Positions 53,462-64,000 of a stretch of DNA of 64,000 nucleotides are shown here, piece by piece. This stretch comes from Alphaproteobacteria bacterium. GTDB taxonomy: Bacteria; Pseudomonadota; Alphaproteobacteria; Rickettsiales; SXRF01. The first letter of the stretch is position 1. Each line of letters begins with the position of its first letter. A program made the position numbers and the translations under genes. The DNA is taken from positions 640 through 64,639 of the forward strand of contig JANYES010000028.1 in assembly GCA_025362975.1 (NCBI GenBank), in the 5' to 3' direction. The notes under the pieces are model-generated. The model was not told where the DNA came from. It saw only the letters and a list, made by a program, of their open reading frames with translations, and did no database searches.

Positions 53462-54277
53462 ATGAACGCACGCAAATATCTCCTTGTTCTTCCCGTCGCA
53501 CTGGCGCTGTCCGCCTGCGGCAGCAAAGACGACGAAAAAATCAAACCGCCGGAAAGCGCCGAGCAGCTCTACAACGAAGCCATCAGCGACTACAACGTCA
53601 AAAAATATAAAAACGCAGTCAAATCCTTCGAAGAAGTCGAGCGCCAGCACCCGTCCTCAGAATGGGCCACCAACGCGCAGATCATGTCGGGGTATTCGAG
53701 CTATCAATCGGAAGATTACGACACCGCGATTGCCACGTTCGAGCGTTTCGGCAAGCTGTATCCGAGCAACGAAGCCACGCCGTACGCATATTACATGATC
53801 GCGCTGTGCTACTACGAGCAGATCAACGATGTGGGCCGCGACCAGAAGGTCACCGAACAGGCGATGCAGGCGCTGCGCGAAATCATCCGCCGTTTCCCGG
53901 ACAGCGAATATGCGCGTGACGCGCGTGTAAAACTCGACCTGACGCAGGACCATCTTGCGGGCAAGGAAATGGAAATCGGACGCTATTACCTGCGCCATGA
54001 GGATTACCTCGCGGCGATCAACCGTTTCCGCTATGTCGTTGAAAATTACCAGACCACCAGCCACGTGCCGGAAGCCCTGCACCGCCTTGTGGAAGCATAT
54101 CTGAAACTCGGCGTTAAGGATGAGGCGAACCGCTATGCGGCGGTGCTTGGGGAAAATTTTCCGGGCAGCATCTGGTATCGCGACAGTTACAAGTTGATGA
54201 TGGGCAAAAACGTGACACCCGCAGTTAAGCCAGCGAGCGAAAACGAGCCTCGCTTCTGGGATCATTTGCTACCGTAG
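53462..54277 (+). CDS. bamD: outer membrane protein assembly factor BamD
   Basis: 271 aa. Lipoprotein signal (LALSAC) and TPR-like repeats with the YfiO pattern (AQIMSGYSSYQSEDYDTAIATFERF...). Confidence 0.9.
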   Translation: MNARKYLLVLPVALALSACGSKDDEKIKPPESAEQLYNEAISDYNVKKYKNAVKSFEEVERQHPSSEWATNAQIMSGYSSYQSEDYDTAIATFERFGKLYPSNEATPYAYYMIALCYYEQINDVGRDQKVTEQAMQALREIIRRFPDSEYARDARVKLDLTQDHLAGKEMEIGRYYLRHEDYLAAINRFRYVVENYQTTSHVPEALHRLVEAYLKLGVKDEANRYAAVLGENFPGSIWYRDSYKLMMGKNVTPAVKPASENEPRFWDHLLP

Positions 54278-54295
54278 CGGACAGGGGAGAGCATC

Positions 54296-58074
<3,779 letters not shown>

Positions 58075-58089
58075 CGAAAGAAAAAATCT

Positions 58090-59001
58090 ATGACGATTCC
58101 ACCGAATAAAGCCAATCCCTTTGCGCAGAGCGCGCATTACTGGCGCGTGAAATTTTTGATTACGTCGGATGCGGCGGGGACGGCGGAGGACGCGTTCAAT
58201 GATTCGGCGCTGGCGGTTTCGGGGTTTGAAACGGATGAGGCGAAGGGGATCTGGACGTTTGAGCTTTTGTATGAAGAAGCGCCGGACATGGACGATATCA
58301 AGCGCCGGTTGATGGTGATTTCGGCGCTGCACAATGTGGGCTTGCCGGAGCTTGATATGCAGAAGCTGGAGCAGAAGGACTGGCTGGCGCAGGTAGCGCG
58401 CGATTTTCCGCCGCTGTCGATTGGGCGGTTTTATATTTATGGTACCCATGTGAAAGAGGCGCCGCCGCATGGCAGCATTTCGATTCAGGTGAATGCGGGC
58501 GCGGCGTTTGGCTCGGGCGAGCATGGGACGACGCGATGCTGTCTGGAGGCACTGGAGTGGCTGTCGAAGAAACGCAAGTTCCGCAAGATTCTGGATATGG
58601 GCTGCGGATCGGGGATTCTGGCGATTGGGGCGGCGAAGCTTTGGAAGGTGGATGTGGTGGCGGTGGATATTGATCCCGTTGCTGTGCGCGTGACGGGAGA
58701 AAACGTGGCGATGAACCGCGAGACGGTGCGGATTACTTCGGCGGTTTCGGACGGGTATTCGTGTGAGACGATTAAACGCGCGAAGCCGTTTGATTTGATT
58801 GTGTCGAATATCCTGGCGCGGCCGTTGATTGCGTTTGCGCCGGATCTGGTGAAGAACCTTACCGATGATGGGTATGCGGTATTGTCGGGGTTGCTGACGT
58901 CGCAGGAGGCGCAGGTGTTGCAGGCGCATTTGATGCAGGGGTTGAAGCTGGAGAAAAGGTTTGTGCATCAGGAATGGTGTACGCTGGTATTGAAGCGCTG
59001 A
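58090..59001 (+). CDS. prmA: ribosomal protein L11 methyltransferase
   Basis: 303 aa. FGSGEHGTTRCCLEAL and DMGCGSGILAI. Confidence 0.9.
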   Translation: MTIPPNKANPFAQSAHYWRVKFLITSDAAGTAEDAFNDSALAVSGFETDEAKGIWTFELLYEEAPDMDDIKRRLMVISALHNVGLPELDMQKLEQKDWLAQVARDFPPLSIGRFYIYGTHVKEAPPHGSISIQVNAGAAFGSGEHGTTRCCLEALEWLSKKRKFRKILDMGCGSGILAIGAAKLWKVDVVAVDIDPVAVRVTGENVAMNRETVRITSAVSDGYSCETIKRAKPFDLIVSNILARPLIAFAPDLVKNLTDDGYAVLSGLLTSQEAQVLQAHLMQGLKLEKRFVHQEWCTLVLKR

Positions 59002-59006
59002 TTTCC

Positions 59007-59132
59007 GTCATTTTCGCCCAACTTTTAATGATAAGATTGGCGGGAATCCAATCCACTTTGCGGTAGCAAAGGCAAAAAACTCTTCCCGCGCAAACGCGCT
59101 GTGCATTGGATACCCGCCTTCGCGGGTAAGAC
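59007..59132. repeat. nested palindromic repeat element, copy 2 (left arm interrupted)
   Basis: GGCGGGAATCCAATCCACTTTGCGG...CTTCCCGCGCAAACGCGC...GCATTGGATACCCGCCTTCGCGGGTAAGAC aligns with 25699..25806. Lies between convergent prmA and the BMP gene. Confidence 0.7.
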
Positions 59133-59137
59133 GGTTG

Positions 59138-60127
59138 CTATTGCGTGAGCGTGTTCACCTGAATAATTCCTTGCGAGACAAAATCTTTTACCGTTTCGAT
59201 TTGCTCGATGGTTTCTTTTGGCATGAGCGTGCGGTTTTCGGTGTCCAGCGCGTAATCGATATAGCTGTTGCCGATGCCCATTGTTTCGCTGCCGGAACGC
59301 CATTCGTTGCGGGTGTAGGCGTGGAGGGTGTGGTAGATGGCGAGGTCGTAGTGGTTGACGAGGCTGGTGAGGACTAAGCCGGGGTAGGCGCCGGTGAGCA
59401 TGTGGTTGCAGGTGATGATGAGTTGTTTTTTGAGGCGGGCGTTGCGGACGGCTTCGCCTAGGAGGTCTTCGTCGAGGACGAAAACGATGTCGGGGACGGA
59501 TTCGTGCGGGGTGGGGTTGATTTCGGGGCTGGGGGTGCGGTGGGTGATGTTGGTGCCGAGTTGTTCGAGGATCTGCACTTCGGCGTTTGCGTATTTGGTG
59601 CCTTGGAGGAAGGCGTAGGCGAGGCTGCGGGAATATTCGTTGTTGTCTTTTGCGATGAAGGAGACGGTGCCGGACTTGGTTTGCAGTGCGGCCAAAACGC
59701 CCATCATGAACACGCCTTCGGTTTCCTTGAAGGAAATGGAGCGCACGTTGGTAAGGTACATGGAGTGTGCGGCGCCGATGATGGTGAAGTGGATGTCGGG
59801 GTAAAGGCTTGGGATTTTGGCGAGCTGTTCGGTGTCTTTGGGTTCCATGATAATGATGATGCCGATATTGGTGTCGGCGATTTTTTCGACCTGATCTGCG
59901 AGCTGGGCTTCGGAGCCGAGGGGGTACTCGTTGATGGTGACGCCCAGATTGCTGGAGGCTTCCTTCACCATGCTCTTGATCATGTTGGCGTGGTCGCTTT
60001 CCAGCGATGTGCCGGAATTAAAATAGACGATGGCGGCAGACTTCAGTTCCGGCTTGTTTTCGGCACTTAAGGCAGGGGCCGAAAATCCGGCCAGCATCGC
60101 GAGGATGAATAGGTGTCGCAGCGGCAT
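59138..60127 (-). CDS. BMP-family (Med/PnrA-like) ABC transporter substrate-binding protein
   Basis: 329 aa with a signal peptide (ILAMLAGFSAPALSA). A Bmp-like fold pattern runs through ...FKETEGVFMMGVLAAL... Confidence 0.75.
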   Translation of the reverse strand: MPLRHLFILAMLAGFSAPALSAENKPELKSAAIVYFNSGTSLESDHANMIKSMVKEASSNLGVTINEYPLGSEAQLADQVEKIADTNIGIIIIMEPKDTEQLAKIPSLYPDIHFTIIGAAHSMYLTNVRSISFKETEGVFMMGVLAALQTKSGTVSFIAKDNNEYSRSLAYAFLQGTKYANAEVQILEQLGTNITHRTPSPEINPTPHESVPDIVFVLDEDLLGEAVRNARLKKQLIITCNHMLTGAYPGLVLTSLVNHYDLAIYHTLHAYTRNEWRSGSETMGIGNSYIDYALDTENRTLMPKETIEQIETVKDFVSQGIIQVNTLTQ

Positions 60128-60224
60128 GGTTTTTTTTACTGGTGTTAGGATAGAATCTTATCATATTGGTAAACTGCCTATAAAACATTAATGGGTAGGG
60201 ATTTTTAAGGGGAGCAGGGCTGTC

Positions 60225-61985
60225 ATGGAAGAGGGTTTGGTGAACGCCGGAAAAATCAGAAAATTATTGGTAAAACAGGCTGTTGATGGGTTTATCCAGC
60301 CGGTGAACGATGAATATATGAGCGAATACCCGCCCGCCAGCAACCAGCGCGTGGCGTTTGTGAGTGGCTTTCAGGGGTCGGCGGGGACGGTGGTGGTGTT
60401 GAAGGAAAAAGCCGGGTTGTTTACCGACGGGCGTTACACGTTGCAGGCGAAAAACGAAGTGGATAGTGCGGTGTTCGAGCAGCACAATAGCGGGACGCTC
60501 GCGCCGGAGGTTTGGGTGGCGGAGAATTTGCCGTCGGGTGCGAAGCTTGGGTATGACGCGAAAATGTATACGGCCAGTGCGGTGAAGCGGATTGAGGTAG
60601 TGCTGGCGAAGAAGAATATCGCGTTTATGCCGGTGGGGAATCTGATTGATAGGGTGTGGGAGGCGCGGCCACCGCAACCTGCGACTAGCGTGTTTATCCA
60701 TGACATCAAGTATGCTGGGGAGTCGTCGGCGGATAAGCGGGCGCGGATTGCGGCACAGGTGGTGAAGGATGGGGCGGATGCGGCGGTGCTGGCGACGCCG
60801 GATGCGGTGTGCTGGTTGCTTAATGTGCGCGGGCGGGATGTGGAGAGTACGCCGCTGGTGCTTTCGTGCGCGGTGATTGACCGGGAGGGGAAGGTGCAGT
60901 TTTTTGTGGACCCGGCGCGGTGCGATGCGAATGTGCGGGCGCATTTGGGGAATCAGGTAGAGCTGGTGCATCCGGATAATCTGGCGCAGCAATTGGCGGC
61001 ACTTGGGTCGCAGAAGAAGCGCGTGCTGTGCGACCCGGCAAGTGTGCCGGTGTGGTTTACGCAAAAGTTGAAGGATGCGGGGGCAAGCATTGTGGAGGCG
61101 ACAGATCCGTGCGTGTTGCCTAAAGCGATGAAGAATGAGGTGGAGCTGCAGGGGATTGCGAGCGCGCATATCCGCGACGGGGTGGCGATTGTAAAATTGC
61201 TGCATTGGCTCGGTGGTGCGGCGCAGGTGACGGAAATGGAAGTGAGCGACAAGCTGCGGGAATTCCGCGCGCTGCATCCGATGTTTGTGGAGCCGAGTTT
61301 TGCGACGATTTCAGGCAGTGGGCCGAACGGGGCGATTGTGCATTATCGCGTGAGCGAGCAAAGTGACCGGACGTTGGTGCGGGGTGAGCTTTTCTTGCTG
61401 GATTCGGGTGGGCAGTATCCTGACGGGACGACGGATATTACGCGAACGGTAGTGGTTGGGGAGCCTAGCGAGGAGCATAGGGACCGGTTTACGCGAGTGC
61501 TGAAGGGTCATATCGGTATTGCGAATGCGAAGTTTCCGGAGGGCACAAGCGGGTCGCAATTAGATGTGCTGGCGCGCCAGCATCTGTGGCAGGTGGGTCT
61601 GGATTACGATCATGGCACGGGGCATGGGGTTGGATGTTTCCTGGGCGTGCATGAGGGGCCGCAACGGATCAGCAAGCGCGGCGGGGATGCGGCGTTGAGG
61701 CCGGGGATGATTGTTTCCAATGAGCCGGGATATTACAAAACGGGCGCGTATGGGATTCGCAATGAGAATCTGGTGAAGGTGGTGCGGCTTGAGGGCGCGT
61801 CGCTGGGATTTGAGACGCTGACATGCGCGCCGATTGATACACGGCTGGTGATGGTGGAGATGCTGACGCAGGAAGAAATTTCGTGGCTCAACCAGTATCA
61901 TGAATGGGTGCTGCATATGCTGGGAGAGTCGCTGAGCGCGCCGGAGAAGTCATGGCTGGAAACGTGTTGCGCGGCGATTGGCTGA
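60225..61985 (+). CDS. aminopeptidase P family (M24B) protein
   Basis: 586 aa. FLLDSGGQY, HGTGHGVG, SNEPGYY, and the three-domain length typical of Xaa-Pro aminopeptidases. Confidence 0.9.
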   Translation: MEEGLVNAGKIRKLLVKQAVDGFIQPVNDEYMSEYPPASNQRVAFVSGFQGSAGTVVVLKEKAGLFTDGRYTLQAKNEVDSAVFEQHNSGTLAPEVWVAENLPSGAKLGYDAKMYTASAVKRIEVVLAKKNIAFMPVGNLIDRVWEARPPQPATSVFIHDIKYAGESSADKRARIAAQVVKDGADAAVLATPDAVCWLLNVRGRDVESTPLVLSCAVIDREGKVQFFVDPARCDANVRAHLGNQVELVHPDNLAQQLAALGSQKKRVLCDPASVPVWFTQKLKDAGASIVEATDPCVLPKAMKNEVELQGIASAHIRDGVAIVKLLHWLGGAAQVTEMEVSDKLREFRALHPMFVEPSFATISGSGPNGAIVHYRVSEQSDRTLVRGELFLLDSGGQYPDGTTDITRTVVVGEPSEEHRDRFTRVLKGHIGIANAKFPEGTSGSQLDVLARQHLWQVGLDYDHGTGHGVGCFLGVHEGPQRISKRGGDAALRPGMIVSNEPGYYKTGAYGIRNENLVKVVRLEGASLGFETLTCAPIDTRLVMVEMLTQEEISWLNQYHEWVLHMLGESLSAPEKSWLETCCAAIG

Positions 61986-62125
61986 AATTCTACATATTGC
62001 GCAAATTATTTTTGTGGAATTTCTTTTATTGTCTTGAGGTAGAAGAATAATTATCTTCTAGTAAAAGCGTTAACGCATGGTATAAAAAAAACGTCTTAAA
62101 TCATTTATCCGGGGGATTATCTATA

Positions 62126-62898
62126 ATGTTTAAAACGACCTTTGGCGCTTGTGCCTTCACTGCGGCGTTGCTTGCGAGCACCAGCGCTTATGCCACCGTT
62201 GTGGATTTCGATGGGGCGAGCTATGTGAACAGCTTCCATACCATGTCGTTGTTCATGGGCACCTTGGATATCGGTCAGACAGGCACTATTACCAATTTCT
62301 ACGCTCCCCAATCGACGCAAGGCTATCAGTTTGGCCGCAGCGAAATTGAGGGCTACATTTCCCCAAACAGCGCGGTCGTCTTCACCTACACGTTCGCGGG
62401 TCTGACCAGCAATACGGTCTCCTACCAACCGTATCCTCCCAACGCCTATACCATACAAGGCAGCTCAAGCATGCTAAGCTCGGTTAGCTATTACCAGTCT
62501 GGCAATGGCCCGGCTGGTTCCGGTTTTTATGACGGTAACGCGAATCAGGAAAAAGACCTTGGCACCAACCCCAATCCGGGCGGCATGAACCGCACTGAAT
62601 ATTTTAACGGCGTTTTGCAGTCCTACCAGCTTCTCAACTCTACCGCGCAGATCGTACTGAATGAACAAACCACACCGGCACAGGCCAAACGGTCAACGTC
62701 AACAATTCACCTTTCGAGACGCTGTTCAACTCTAACTTCACTGGTGTGTTCCTAAACGGGCTTGGCGGTGGCACGCTGACCTACGCGGTCGTTAGCGCTA
62801 ACGACGTCAGCAACGTACCGGTTCCAGCATCGCTGCCGATGGCTGGCGCGGCACTGGCGGGCATGGTTGCTTACTCACGCCGCAAGCGTTTAGCTTAA
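62126..62898 (+). pseudogene. frameshifted secreted protein with VPLPA/PEP-CTERM-like C-terminal sorting signal
   Basis: Signal peptide MFKTTFGACAFTAALLASTSAYA. The first frame stops at 62755. A second frame open from 62665 continues ...GQTVNVNNSPFETLFNSNFTGVFLNGLGGGTLTYAVVSANDVSNVPVPASLPMAGAALAGMVAYSRRKRLA to the stop at 62896-62898. Confidence 0.6.
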
Positions 62899-63642
62899 TT
62901 ATTTATCAGCAGGAACGTTAATACCGAGCGGGGCGACGGTGTCGCTTCCGCCGGTGTTGACGTGCGCGAATAATTTGATGAAGCTGGCTTTGACCGGCAG
63001 GATGTGGAACGTGCCGTCGGCGGCGATGGGCATGCGCGTGACGGTGTGGAAATCGTCGTAGAAGCCGACGATTTCGCCAAGGCCGCCATCGTTGATCGGC
63101 TGGAGTTTTTTATCGGTGTGCACGGTGCCGACGGAATCGACGCCGATGGCCGGTTTTTTATCGAAGGTGATTTTCACGTGGTTGGCTTCGAGCGATTCGG
63201 TGCGATTGATCTGGTTGGGCGTGTGCACGCCGAGATCGGCGTTGGGGAATTCCTCAAATTTGCTGTTGGTTGGAGTGACTTCAGCGAAGAAGCGGTACTT
63301 GCCTTGCATCTTCGGGGTGAAGGTGAATTGCGAAATGCCTTGCGTTTGCGTTGGCGCAGGGACGATGGCGTGGAAATCAGTGTAGGTGGAGTCTAGCGCG
63401 TAGAGGCGCAGGGTTTTGCCGTTTACGGTTTTCAGGCGTTCGTCGGTGATGAGGCCGAGCGTGTCGATGGAGGTGAGCTTCACGTCAAGATCGACGGGTT
63501 TGCCAGCGGTGAAAGCGCTATGCGGCAGGAGGGTGAGCTTCAGCGTGGCTGGGTGCTCATCGTAATGGTAATGCGGCATGACGGACGAGCAGGCGGCAAG
63601 GGCGCTGGAAGCGGCAAGGGCGAGAAGCAGGCGAGATTTCAT
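62899..63642 (-). CDS. hypothetical lipoprotein
   Basis: 247 aa with a LAAC lipobox (MKSRLLLALAASSALAAC). Beta-rich, no family recognised. Its stop abuts the stop of the convergent gene. Confidence 0.75.
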   Translation of the reverse strand: MKSRLLLALAASSALAACSSVMPHYHYDEHPATLKLTLLPHSAFTAGKPVDLDVKLTSIDTLGLITDERLKTVNGKTLRLYALDSTYTDFHAIVPAPTQTQGISQFTFTPKMQGKYRFFAEVTPTNSKFEEFPNADLGVHTPNQINRTESLEANHVKITFDKKPAIGVDSVGTVHTDKKLQPINDGGLGEIVGFYDDFHTVTRMPIAADGTFHILPVKASFIKLFAHVNTGGSDTVAPLGINVPADK

Positions 63643-63662
63643 AACGGCTCCGAAATGAGTTT

Positions 63663-64000
63663 TTAAGCGGCAAGTTCTACGTCTTCCGGGCGAAGGCGCG
63701 GCGGGTTGACGGGCATGTGTCTCGGGTTGAAATATTGCGGGCGGCGGTGGTGGTTGCCGTGGAAATAAATGCCGAACCAGAAGAAATTGGCGACCTTGTG
63801 GAAGGGTTTTTCGTTGAGGTTCGCGGCTTTGGAATCACCGGTGGCGGGGTCTTTCGGGTGGGCGGTGTAGTTGACGCCGACGAAGAGCAGGTGGTTGGAG
63901 ATGTAAGACGGGATGTAGAAGAACACGAAGACGGCGGGGCCGAGGAGGAGATACCACATCAGCAGGTTGGAAAACGCCATGATCGGGAAGAGGATGGTGA
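63663..64000 (-). CDS. fatty acid desaturase family protein (5' part beyond the window)
   Basis: The C-terminal part has the histidine box FHGNHHRRP and TM segments. The frame stays open to the window edge, so the ATG at 63980 in the track is internal. Confidence 0.6.
   Translation of the reverse strand, partial: TILFPIMAFSNLLMWYLLLGPAVFVFFYIPSYISNHLLFVGVNYTAHPKDPATGDSKAANLNEKPFHKVANFFWFGIYFHGNHHRRPQYFNPRHMPVNPPRLRPEDVELAA

Overview
This is 64 kb of an alphaproteobacterial chromosome, mid-50s % GC by eye. The lineage call rests on three things: a DUF1476/zeta-subunit gene next to purC, a long-linker FtsZ, and mraZ-to-ftsZ dcw order followed by lpxC-bamD-recN-ligA.

Left part (1-21.7 kb): polyphosphate metabolism (ppx, ppk1), a run of phosphatase-family genes, RNase P RNA, and an amidase/EamA/DjlA operon. 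It also holds purine biosynthesis (purC-purS-[two unknown ORFs]-purQ, and purL), one MCP and bolA-grxD.

Middle part (21.7-32.8 kb): accessory-looking material.
- A structured palindromic non-coding block.
- Tandem entericidin-like lipoprotein genes, one of them decayed.
- A TPP-decarboxylase cluster with two 147-aa paralogs, a 43-aa ORF and a mini-GNAT.
- rluD, then four glycine/alanine-rich membrane proteins.
- rpsD, then two orphan single-gene units bounded by a repeated ATTGCCGG core.

Right part (32.8-64 kb): a complete dcw cluster (mraZ rsmH ftsL ftsI murE murF mraY murD ftsW [small ORF] murG murC murB ddl ftsQ ftsA [opposite-strand ORF] ftsZ). It is followed by lpxC, bamD, recN, ligA, prmA, a BMP-family binding protein, aminopeptidase P, a frameshifted CTERM-anchored secreted protein, a lipoprotein and a partial desaturase.

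I recognised no rRNA, tRNA, CRISPR, transposase, integrase or phage genes.

The items I think most deserve a second look are:
- an unknown protein family with one copy after ppx and one after ppk;
- the glycine-zipper membrane protein cluster;
- the decarboxylase/paralog/mini-GNAT cluster;
- the two ORFs splitting purS-purQ;
- the repeat-bounded orphans between rpsD and mraZ;
- the two insertions inside the dcw cluster.

All functional calls come from motif recognition by eye. No database search was run.
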